Positions 19,096 to 27,365 of a stretch of 32,000 nt of DNA are shown piece after piece. This DNA is from Trichlorobacter lovleyi SZ (GTDB taxonomy: Bacteria; Desulfobacterota; Desulfuromonadia; Geobacterales; Pseudopelobacteraceae), in assembly GCF_000020385.1 (NCBI RefSeq), contig NC_010814.1:540001-572000 (forward strand), written 5' to 3'. The notes below the pieces were generated by a model that was given only the letters and a program-made list of their open reading frames with translations, was not told the origin of the DNA and did not search any database. Both the position numbers and the translations under genes were made by a program. How positions within the stretch are numbered: position 1 is the stretch's first letter; each line of letters opens with the position of its first letter.

Positions 19096-20961
19096 TTGAA
19101 CCGTATCTGCAGCAATAAAGTATTGTTGATTCTGCCGATACTGGTATGCCTTACGGCCATGCCGCTCTTTGCTGCCGATGATGCCCTGGAGGATCTGGGT
19201 ATTATTGAGGCCCAGGCTGAATCGGTTGTCTCTGCCTCTCGCAGCCCCCGTCCCGCCTCCCGCATTGCAGAAAACATCACCGTCATCACTGCTGACGACA
19301 TTGAACGCCTGAATGCCCATACCCTGGCAGAGGTGCTGCAGACCGTGCCGGGCATCCAGCTTGATTTTTTGCGCACCCCCGGCACATTCAGCTTCTTTAA
19401 TGTCCAAGGTGCCTTGAATACCACGGTGCTGGTGCTGGTGGATGGTATCCGCCAGAATGATTTTGACCAGAACATGGCTATTGTTGGCCTGATTCCGGTG
19501 CAGCAGATTGAGCGGATCGAGATCATCAAAGGGGCAGCCTCAGCTGCCTGGGGACCGGCCCTGGGCGGGGTGATCAATATCATCACCAAATCCCCTGATG
19601 CTGAGCGCAAGTTCAGCGGCATGGTGTCCGGCTCCACTGGCTCTCAGTTCACCGCAGATTCCCGCGCAGAAGTCAGCGGCACCCTGGATCGTTTCGGCTA
19701 TTATCTGACTGTTGCCAACCTGCGTTCCGATGGCCTGACCCCCAATACCGGCACCAACCAGAACAACCTGTTTACCAAACTCTCCTACCAGTTACCCCAC
19801 AATGGCAGCCTTACCTTTGGCCTGTCCTACCTGACTGCCAGTCCGGGGCTGGATGAAGGGGAAACAGTGAGCTGGGGCTTTGTCCATGACAACAACCAGT
19901 ATCGCCGCACCAATGCCTACCTGAAGCTTAACCAGCCCCTGACTGACCGGTTAACCCTGGAACTGGACAGCTTTCTGACCAACCGTGATGACCATACCAA
20001 GTTTGGCGGCTTGGATGGCTCAGGTAATCTGACCTTTTTTAATGACTATGTGGTGCGGGACACCAACCAGGGGATCAATGCCCGTCTGCGCTGGGGCGAC
20101 TACCAGAAGAGCCTGCTGCTGGGGCTTGATTATAGCCATGCCTGGGCCATCAACAGGGATGCGTTAAGCAGTGATCCGCCAGTCTATGACCGGAGCTGGG
20201 ACCGCTGGGGCATCTATGCAAATGGTGCCTATACGGTGGGACAACTGACCATTCTGCCCGGTGCCCGTTATGACATTACCGGCACCTCTGGCGATGTCAC
20301 CAGCCTGACCCTGGGGGCCACCTATCAGCTGGCTGAACATACGTTGCTGCGGGCCTATGCTGCCCAGGGCTATACCCTGCCCACACCCCGTGCCGATAAC
20401 AAGCTGCAAAAGATCAAGACCATTCAGGCCGGGATCGAGAGTGAGGCGCTGCCTTTTCTCTGGCTGAAGGGGACCTTTTTCTTTAATGCCCTGCGTGACA
20501 GCCAATCTATCGGTACCGTAACCACCACCAACCAGCAGCGCCAGGGGATTGAGCTGGAGGCCCGCACCGCGCCGCTGTACGGTCTTTCCCTGACCAGTGG
20601 CTATACCTACCTGGATGCCTGGGACAGTGATACTGGCCAGCGTCTGCACACCAACTATAATCAGGCGGTTCCGCCCCACACCGTGAAACTGGCCTTGAAC
20701 TACGATAACCGTGAGCTGGGGCTGCGCGGTACTGTAACCGGTAACTATGTCTGGTGGAACAGGGATGAAAGCACTGCTGCCCGTGACACCGGCATGATCT
20801 GGGATCTGCATCTGAACTGGCGGTTGAAGTCATTTTATAAACTGACACCGGAGTTGTTCTTCTCTGCCCACAACCTGTTCAACGGTGTACAGACTACGGA
20901 TACCGAGTTATACACCAATGCCAAGCGCTGGTTTGAAGGCGGCCTGCGGGTGAAGTTCTGA
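19096..20961 (+). CDS. TonB-dependent outer-membrane receptor (small, about 620 aa)
   Basis: TTG start with GGGGAG 7 nt upstream. Signal peptide ...CLTAMPLFA/ADD. Plug motifs NITVITADDIERLNAHTLAEVLQTVPGIQL and IERIEIIKGAASAAWG. Beta-barrel-like alternating sequence ending in a terminal aromatic residue (GGLRVKF). Confidence 0.9.
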   Translation: MNRICSNKVLLILPILVCLTAMPLFAADDALEDLGIIEAQAESVVSASRSPRPASRIAENITVITADDIERLNAHTLAEVLQTVPGIQLDFLRTPGTFSFFNVQGALNTTVLVLVDGIRQNDFDQNMAIVGLIPVQQIERIEIIKGAASAAWGPALGGVINIITKSPDAERKFSGMVSGSTGSQFTADSRAEVSGTLDRFGYYLTVANLRSDGLTPNTGTNQNNLFTKLSYQLPHNGSLTFGLSYLTASPGLDEGETVSWGFVHDNNQYRRTNAYLKLNQPLTDRLTLELDSFLTNRDDHTKFGGLDGSGNLTFFNDYVVRDTNQGINARLRWGDYQKSLLLGLDYSHAWAINRDALSSDPPVYDRSWDRWGIYANGAYTVGQLTILPGARYDITGTSGDVTSLTLGATYQLAEHTLLRAYAAQGYTLPTPRADNKLQKIKTIQAGIESEALPFLWLKGTFFFNALRDSQSIGTVTTTNQQRQGIELEARTAPLYGLSLTSGYTYLDAWDSDTGQRLHTNYNQAVPPHTVKLALNYDNRELGLRGTVTGNYVWWNRDESTAARDTGMIWDLHLNWRLKSFYKLTPELFFSAHNLFNGVQTTDTELYTNAKRWFEGGLRVKF

Positions 20962-21818
20962 TGCGGCGCCTGGTCCTGTGCATAGTCGCCCTGGCGTTGT
21001 TGGTTCCCTCATTGGCCCGGGCCTATGATCTGCTGGTACTGCAGAGCAAGCGCAATCCGGCGTATGACGAGATGCTGAAAGGGTTTAGCGAGAGACGGAA
21101 CGTTTCCCGGCGGGTGATTGTGCTGTCCGACTATGCCGAGGTGGATGTGGCCCGGATTGCACGGGAGGACCGTCCGACATTGATCCTGGCTGTGGGAGAT
21201 ACGGCCCTGGCAGCGGCCCGCAAGGTGCGCACCATCCCGGTGGTGGCGCTGATGTCCCTTGATCTGCGCCGGTTGCAGGCCGTTCAGCCGAACCTGACCG
21301 GCATTGATATGTTTGTGGCACCGGAAAATTACTGCAATCTGCTGCGTCAGATGAAGGCGCGCCGGGTGGGAATCCTCTATAATCCTGCCAGAAACGGCTG
21401 GTACCTGCGCCAGGCGCGGCAGGCCGCCGAAAAGGCGGGTATCACGCTGGTGGCGCGCGAGGTGACCGATCCCCGCGATACCCTGACCAAGCTGGCGTCG
21501 CTGGCCGGCAAGGTGGATGCGCTCTGGATGCTGCCGGATGTCACGGCGGTAACCAGGGAAACGGCAGAGGCCTATTTCCATTTCAGCCAGCAGCAGGCGG
21601 TGCCGGTGGTGTCGTTTGCCGCCAACTATCTGGGGCTGGGAGCGGCGGCGGTGTTTGAGATTGATCGCGCAGCCCTGGGACGCCAGGCCAATGAGATGGT
21701 GACATCACTGCTTGACGGAGACGCTGTTGACAGTACCTCGTTACGCTTTCCCCGCGGCGTTGTACTCAAGACCAATGCCGGCATCCTGAGACGTCTGGGG
21801 GCATCCCTTGAAGAATGA
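20961..21818 (+). CDS. Periplasmic substrate-binding protein, COG2984 / ABC_sub_bind-like (no cognate permease or ATPase nearby)
   Basis: 285-aa ORF with signal peptide [21 protein letters not shown]. Periplasmic-binding-fold pattern ([18 protein letters not shown]..., [12 protein letters not shown]..., VDALWMLPD..., VPVVSF). The start overlaps the receptor stop (TGATG) and the stop overlaps the kinase start (ATGA). Confidence 0.7.
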   Translation: MRRLVLCIVALALLVPSLARAYDLLVLQSKRNPAYDEMLKGFSERRNVSRRVIVLSDYAEVDVARIAREDRPTLILAVGDTALAAARKVRTIPVVALMSLDLRRLQAVQPNLTGIDMFVAPENYCNLLRQMKARRVGILYNPARNGWYLRQARQAAEKAGITLVAREVTDPRDTLTKLASLAGKVDALWMLPDVTAVTRETAEAYFHFSQQQAVPVVSFAANYLGLGAAAVFEIDRAALGRQANEMVTSLLDGDAVDSTSLRFPRGVVLKTNAGILRRLGASLEE

Positions 21819-23818
21819 ATCGTACAAAACAGCCGCAGCCGTGCAGATGCCACCGCTCCGGCGTTGCAATGACTGCTTTTAAGGAGCTGACCGTGCTACG
21901 ATGTGCAAAATGGTCAAACATCCGTACCAGGTTTCAATGCAAGCTCTTCATCATCTTTACCCTGCTGACCTTTCTGATCGTCTCCACACTCAGTACCCTC
22001 TTTATTATCCATGAGATCAAAAAATCAAAAAAATCTGCGGCGGCACATCTCCGGCTGCAGGTAGAATATCTGGCTGAATCGATCCGGCTGCCGCTGTTTG
22101 CAGAAAATGCCGAGCTGCTGCGGCAGATGGCCGAGCAGGCCGCCCGGTTGCCGGAGGTCCGTGCGGTGGTGATCAGGGCCCCGGACGGCAGGGTCCTGGC
22201 AGCGGTCTATCCTGCGTCAGCGACCGGTAGCCGCGAGGAAGTGCTCAGTCAAAGCATCGAGGTCTGCAGCAATCCCCAGGCAGGTTCACCGATTGCGTCT
22301 CTGACCGATGGTCTTGATACGCCGTCGTTACTGGGCAGTGTGCGGATCGAACGGGGGACGGCCGATATGGACCGGGCTGTCCGCAAGCTGATTGCCTGGT
22401 CCGTGGCCCTGGCTCTGCTCTTCTGGCTGGCGGTTTCTTTACTGAGCCATCTGGTGCTGCGGCAGGTGACCCGTTCGTTCAATAATCTGGTGAGCGGTAT
22501 TGCCGCCCTGCAGGATGGCGACTACGGCACTCTGATCGAGGTTGATTCCGATGATGAGCCGGGCCGTGCTGCGGCAGCAGTCAACGGCCTGGCTCGTTCG
22601 CTGCAGCAGCGCTCCGAGGAAAACAGGCAGGCCAGGGAAGAGCTGCTCCAGGCCAAGTCCGAAGCAGAGGCTGCCAATACCGCCAAATCTGAATTTCTGG
22701 CCAATATGAGCCATGAGATTCGTACCCCCATGAGCGGGCTGATCGGCAATGCCCAGCTGCTGCGCTTGACCCAGCTGAATGCTGAGCAGACGGGGTATCT
22801 TACCAACATTGAGACTGATGCGAAAAACCTGATGTCGTTAATTAACGACGTGCTGGATATCTCCAAGATTGAGGCCGGAAAACTTGAACTTGAGAGTGCG
22901 CCGTTCAGTCTGCGCAGTTGCGTTGCTCAACTGCTCAAGTCCCAGGAAGCGCGGATAGCCGCCAAGGCGATTGTGCTAACGCATGAAATCGCTGCCGATC
23001 TCCCTGACAGCCTGTTCGGCGATCAGTTGCGCCTCAAACAGATCCTGTACAACCTGGTGGGGAACGCCATCAAGTTTACCGCCAAAGGTGAGATACGGGT
23101 CAAGGTTGAGTTGCTGGAGCGCCATGATGACAAGGCCCGCTTCTGCTTCAGTGTTACTGACACCGGCATCGGTATCAGGCCGGAGGCGCGTGAGAAGATC
23201 TTCGCACCGTTTATACAGGCTGATGCCTCGGTGACCCGCCGTTTCGGCGGCACCGGCCTGGGGTTGTCGATCTGCAGCCGGCTTGTCCAGCAGATGGGAG
23301 GGGGGATAACTGTTGAGAGCGAGGAGGGGAAAGGCAGCACCTTCTCCGTCACCCTGCCGTTTCTGATCAACTCGCAGCCGCTGCCTCAGCAGGAAACGCT
23401 GCCGCAGGACCGAAAACTGATGTGGGAAGGGGCTCCATTACGGATCCTGCTGGCGGATGACAGCGAAACCAACTGCACCATGTTGAGTATTCTGCTCTCC
23501 CGCTTTGGCCATAGTGTCACCCCGGCAGGTGACGGGGCTGAAGTGTTGCAGCAATGGCAGAAGGGTGGTTTTGATGTTGTCCTGATGGATATTCAGATGC
23601 CGGTTATGGACGGCATGGAGACAACCCGGGTTATCAGGGAGCATGAAAGGAAAAACGGCGGGCATCTTCCCATTATCGCCCTGACGGCCCATGCGCTGAA
23701 AGAGACGCGGGAGCATATGTTAAGTGCCGGTTTTGACGGCTATGTTTCAAAGCCGATTGATCTGAAACTGCTGCATGATGAAATGCGGCAGGTGATTGTG
23801 CAGGATGGGAAGATGTAG
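21815..23818 (+). CDS. Hybrid sensor histidine kinase (2 TM + periplasmic segment, HAMP-like linker, HisKA, HATPase_c, receiver)
   Basis: TM helices [22 protein letters not shown] and [20 protein letters not shown]-box [42 protein letters not shown]. Receiver motifs [28 protein letters not shown]. The true start could instead be ATG 21866 (MTAFKEL). Confidence 0.88.
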   Translation: MNRTKQPQPCRCHRSGVAMTAFKELTVLRCAKWSNIRTRFQCKLFIIFTLLTFLIVSTLSTLFIIHEIKKSKKSAAAHLRLQVEYLAESIRLPLFAENAELLRQMAEQAARLPEVRAVVIRAPDGRVLAAVYPASATGSREEVLSQSIEVCSNPQAGSPIASLTDGLDTPSLLGSVRIERGTADMDRAVRKLIAWSVALALLFWLAVSLLSHLVLRQVTRSFNNLVSGIAALQDGDYGTLIEVDSDDEPGRAAAAVNGLARSLQQRSEENRQAREELLQAKSEAEAANTAKSEFLANMSHEIRTPMSGLIGNAQLLRLTQLNAEQTGYLTNIETDAKNLMSLINDVLDISKIEAGKLELESAPFSLRSCVAQLLKSQEARIAAKAIVLTHEIAADLPDSLFGDQLRLKQILYNLVGNAIKFTAKGEIRVKVELLERHDDKARFCFSVTDTGIGIRPEAREKIFAPFIQADASVTRRFGGTGLGLSICSRLVQQMGGGITVESEEGKGSTFSVTLPFLINSQPLPQQETLPQDRKLMWEGAPLRILLADDSETNCTMLSILLSRFGHSVTPAGDGAEVLQQWQKGGFDVVLMDIQMPVMDGMETTRVIREHERKNGGHLPIIALTAHALKETREHMLSAGFDGYVSKPIDLKLLHDEMRQVIVQDGKM

Positions 23819-23832
23819 TCGTTCCAGGCTGA

Positions 23833-25647
23833 TTAGGCCTTAATCAATCGCGCCAGTTCCTGGCTGACCCCTGCCACGGTGGCAAGTTCCTCAACCGTGG
23901 CATTTTGTATCCCTTCCAAAGAACCAAACCGCGTCAGGAGCAGCCGCTCCAGTTTCGGCCCGACACCGGGTATCTCCCGCAGGGCTGAGCGTAGCGTTTC
24001 CCTGTCCCGCAGGCGGCGGTGATAGCCGATGGCAAAACGGTGCGCCTCGTCCCGGATAGCTGCCAGCAGCTTCAGCGGGGCCGAGTCCTGGCGCAACCTG
24101 ACCGGGTTGCGGCGGCCCGGCAGAAAGACCCGTTCTTCAGTCCGCTCGACATGAATATCTTTGCCGTCACCTTTGACCCTGCTTTTTGCCAGTGAGACAA
24201 CTGCCGGCCGTTCCGAGAGTCCCAACTCGGCGAGTACGGACAGGGTGCTGTTCAGCTGTCCGATGCCGCCATCCACCACCACCAGATCCGGCAGGCCCCA
24301 TTGTTCAATCCGTTCCGGGCTGAAGCGCCGGGCAAAGACCTCCTGCAGCATCCCGAAGTCGTCCTGCCCCTGGCTCTCCCTGATCCGGTAGCGCCGGTAG
24401 CGTTCCTTGTCAGGCAAGCCATCCAGGAAGGCGACGCCGCTACCGACGGAATGACGCCCCTGCAGGGTGGAGATGTCGTAGCACTCAATCCGGCGGGGCA
24501 GCCGGGGCAATGCGAGTTTCTGCTGCAGCTCTGCAAGGGTTCGCTCAATGCCCTGCCGGGTTGCTGATTTTTCAGCCAACGCCGCCTGGGCATTGCGGGT
24601 TGCCAGATTGACCAGGTTGAGTTTGTCGCCACGTTTGGGCTGCTGCAAACGTACCTTTTTGCCCTTCAGCTCGCTCAGCCACTCTTCCAGGGACTGCCCG
24701 GCGTCAAGGCTGAGCGGCAGCAGCAGTTCGTCGGGGATAAAACGCTCGTTGCCGTAATAATACTGGATAAAGGTTGCCAGGGTGTCGCTGGTATCAAGTC
24801 CGCCCGAGCCATGCAGGACCGTGCTGCCGGACAGGCTGCCGCCCCGCACGAACAGTACGGCAATAGCCAGACTGTCTTCGTTGCCGGCCAGCCCGAGGAT
24901 GTCGCTGTCGCCCCCCTGGCTGACCATCTTCTGGTGTTCCAGGGTGGTATCAATTGCCTTGAGCAGATCGCGCCAGCGGGCAGCCTCCTCATAGTGCAGC
25001 CCCTCGGCGGCCTCCTTCATCCGTTGTCTGAAGCCGCTCACCAGATCTTTGTTCTTTCCTTCCAGAAACAGGACGGCCCCCTCCACCAGCAGGTTGTATT
25101 CTTCGGCTGTGATCAGGTTATGGCAGGGGGCGCTGCACTGGCCGATCTGGTGATACAGGCAGGGTCGGGAACGGTTCAGGCAGGTTTTCAACGGGTAGTG
25201 GCGCAGCGGAAACATCCGCTGCAGTTGACGCAGCACCTCCCGTGCCGCACTGGCAGAGGCGTAGGGACCGAAGTAGCGCGCGCCGTCACGGCTGACCTTG
25301 CGTACCACCGTGAAGCGGGGAAAACGCTCAGTGAGGTCGATGCGCAGCGAAAAAAAGGTCTTGTCGTCCTTGAGGTTGAGGTTGTAGCGGGGCTGATGTT
25401 GCTTGATCAGGGTGTTTTCAAGCAGCAGGGCCTCTTTTTCAGTGTCGGTGATGGTGAATTCAATCGAGGTTACCCGTGCCATCAGGAAACGGACCTGGGG
25501 GCGTCCATCGGTCGCACCGAAATAGTTGCTGACCCGCTGCCGCAGATTACGGGCCTTGCCGACATAGAGGATCGTGCCGGTTGCATCCCGCATCAGGTAG
25601 ACGCCGGGGGCGGTGGGAAAGCTGCGGATGCTGTCGCGAAGTTCCAT
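23833..25647 (-). CDS. uvrC: Excinuclease ABC subunit C
   Basis: 604-aa ORF. GIY-YIG N-terminus (PGVYLMRDATGTILYVGKARNLRQRVSNYF), a UVR-like segment, and a C-terminal (HhH)2 (IPGVGPKLERLLLTRFGSLEGIQNATVEEL). Confidence 0.95.
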   Translation of the reverse strand: MELRDSIRSFPTAPGVYLMRDATGTILYVGKARNLRQRVSNYFGATDGRPQVRFLMARVTSIEFTITDTEKEALLLENTLIKQHQPRYNLNLKDDKTFFSLRIDLTERFPRFTVVRKVSRDGARYFGPYASASAAREVLRQLQRMFPLRHYPLKTCLNRSRPCLYHQIGQCSAPCHNLITAEEYNLLVEGAVLFLEGKNKDLVSGFRQRMKEAAEGLHYEEAARWRDLLKAIDTTLEHQKMVSQGGDSDILGLAGNEDSLAIAVLFVRGGSLSGSTVLHGSGGLDTSDTLATFIQYYYGNERFIPDELLLPLSLDAGQSLEEWLSELKGKKVRLQQPKRGDKLNLVNLATRNAQAALAEKSATRQGIERTLAELQQKLALPRLPRRIECYDISTLQGRHSVGSGVAFLDGLPDKERYRRYRIRESQGQDDFGMLQEVFARRFSPERIEQWGLPDLVVVDGGIGQLNSTLSVLAELGLSERPAVVSLAKSRVKGDGKDIHVERTEERVFLPGRRNPVRLRQDSAPLKLLAAIRDEAHRFAIGYHRRLRDRETLRSALREIPGVGPKLERLLLTRFGSLEGIQNATVEELATVAGVSQELARLIKA

Positions 25648-25796
25648 GGGGCGATTGTAACATTGCCGTTGAAAAAGAAAAGCGTGCTGTTCTGATTAAT
25701 TATCGTGCATTGATGCGCTAAAATTATGCAGACATGGCTGCCTTAAATTTATACTAAAGCTCCATTTTTCAGGCAGTTGCGATGCAAGTTGCTGAT

Positions 25797-25812
25797 TGGC
25801 CACGTTTTTGCT
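25797..25812 (+). promoter_or_regulatory. Sigma-54 (-24/-12) promoter candidate for the ammonium transporter
   Basis: TGGCCA-CGTTT-TTGCT has GG (25798-25799) and GC (25810-25811) at the exact consensus spacing of TGGCAC-N5-TTGC. It lies about 65 nt upstream of the amt ATG. Confidence 0.6.
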
Positions 25813-25874
25813 TGTGTGTCTGCTGCCATCAATTGATGCAGTGCAGTCTACATTATGCCCAGGAGGCAGCAACA

Positions 25875-27092
25875 ATGGAGTTGTCACCCCTTACCCCCCT
25901 GAAACAAAGCGGAGATGTCCTGTTTTTGATGCTTGGTGCCGTGATGGTCTTTGCCATGCACGCCGGATTCGCCTTTCTTGAGGTGGGATCGGTCCGTAAA
26001 AAGAGCCAGGTCAATGCTTTTGTAAAGATCCTGACCGACTGGTCCGTTTCGACCGTCGTCTATTTTTTGATCGGCTTTCCGCTGGCCTACGGTATCTCGT
26101 TTCTGAAACCGGCTGATCAGCTGATGCAGGGTGCCATGGGCTATGACCTGGTGCATTACTTTTTTCTGCTCTGCTTTGCCGCCTGTATCCCGGCCATTAT
26201 TTCAGGCGGTATTGCCGAGCGGGCCAAGTTCTGGCCCCAGGTGATCGCCGGGGCGATCTTTGCCGGCCTGTGCTATCCCCTGTTCGAGTCGCTGATCTGG
26301 GGCAAGAACGCTGCACTGCTGCAAGGGGTCTTTAAATCAATCGGCGGGCTTGAATTCCATGATTATGCCGGATCAGTGGTGGTACACTCCATTGGCGGCT
26401 GGATCGCGCTGCCGGCGGTGATCCTGCTGGGGGCGCGGAAAGGGCGCTATCAACATGGCAAATCCCACCCGCTGCCGATCAGCAATATCCCGTTTCTGGC
26501 GCTGGGATCCTGGATTCTGGCGGTAGGCTGGTTCGGCTTCAATGTGATGAGTGCCGGCAACCTTGAAAAGATCTCGGGTCTGGTGGCAGTCAACTCCCTG
26601 ATGGCCATGGTGGGTGGCGTGCTGGCGGCTCTGGTGGCCGGACGTAATGACCCCGGCTTTGTGCATAACGGCGCACTGGCCGGCCTGATTGCAGTCTGTG
26701 CCGGCAGTGACCTGATGCACCCGCTGGGGGCGCTGGTAACCGGGGCAATCGCAGCGGTTATCTTTGTGTATGGCTTCCAGTTTGAGCAGGAAAAACTGAA
26801 GATCGATGACGTACTGGGGGTCTGGCCGCTGCATGGTGTGATCGGCACCTGGGGAGGGATTGCCGCCGGTATCTTTGGCCAGAAAATATTTGGCGGGATG
26901 GGTAACGTCAGCTTTGTCTCCCAGTTGGCCGGTTCCCTGACAGCGGTACTGTTTGCCGTTGCCAGCGGCCTGGTCGTCTACGGTGCGCTGGCAAAGACGG
27001 TCGGCATCCGGATGCATGAAGAAGACGAGTATAACGGTCCTGACCTGGCAATTCATAAGATCGGGGCCTATCCGGAGGATCATATCCGTTAA
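25875..27092 (+). CDS. amt: Ammonium transporter (Amt family)
   Basis: Start at ATG 25875 (MELSPLT...) with AGGAGG at 25861-25866. Multi-helix membrane protein with Amt signatures MHAGFAFLEVG and HDYAGSVVVHSIGGW. The track start at 25782 is unsupported. Confidence 0.92.
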   Translation: MELSPLTPLKQSGDVLFLMLGAVMVFAMHAGFAFLEVGSVRKKSQVNAFVKILTDWSVSTVVYFLIGFPLAYGISFLKPADQLMQGAMGYDLVHYFFLLCFAACIPAIISGGIAERAKFWPQVIAGAIFAGLCYPLFESLIWGKNAALLQGVFKSIGGLEFHDYAGSVVVHSIGGWIALPAVILLGARKGRYQHGKSHPLPISNIPFLALGSWILAVGWFGFNVMSAGNLEKISGLVAVNSLMAMVGGVLAALVAGRNDPGFVHNGALAGLIAVCAGSDLMHPLGALVTGAIAAVIFVYGFQFEQEKLKIDDVLGVWPLHGVIGTWGGIAAGIFGQKIFGGMGNVSFVSQLAGSLTAVLFAVASGLVVYGALAKTVGIRMHEEDEYNGPDLAIHKIGAYPEDHIR

Positions 27093-27128
27093 GCGGTCTT
27101 TTTCGCTTCAGGCCTCGTCATACAGCAG

Positions 27129-27187
27129 AAGGGCTTGTGCGACGTACTTTTCTGTACGTCTCCGCGTCCTTCTTTGTCGCCAAGCCC
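27129..27187. repeat. Nested inverted-repeat element just downstream of amt (REP-like / possible terminator)
   Basis: Outer stem AGGGCTTG (27129-27136) / CAAGCCCT (27180-27187). Middle stem GCGAC (27138-27142) / GTCGC (27175-27179). Inner hairpin GACGTAC-TTTTCT-GTACGTC (27140-27159). It shares the 8-mer GCGACGTA and GTACGT words with the element at 30654-30776. Confidence 0.35.
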
Positions 27188-27257
27188 TGAGACAAAAAAT
27201 CCTCGCTTAGTCAATGCTGGTGATTGTTTAAAACCCTCTGCTGCCCGCTTTCCGCGG

Positions 27258-27286
27258 TTGACAAGGGACGGTGAAGATGCTAAGGA
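27258..27286 (+). promoter_or_regulatory. Weak sigma-70-type promoter candidate for the envelope-protein operon
   Basis: Perfect -35 TTGACA (27258-27263) and a 17-nt spacer, but a poor -10 (TAAGGA). About 80 nt upstream of ATG 27366. Confidence 0.2.
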
Positions 27287-27365
27287 ATACCCATTTTACC
27301 CAAGTATTTCTTGGCAGTTACCACCGCCGTCCCGGTCAGCCGGGGAAAGGGTGTCCCCCGTGAAG

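Noticed and set aside
27135-27365. The 77-codon upstream extension of the envelope protein ORF (track start 27135), and similar extensions for amt (25782), gdhA (14479), lysC (15957) and etfB (14172).
   Set aside because: The extensions cover intergenic repeat or promoter sequence and lack an SD. Downstream ATGs give canonical N-termini (a signal peptide or conserved family starts), mostly with good SDs.
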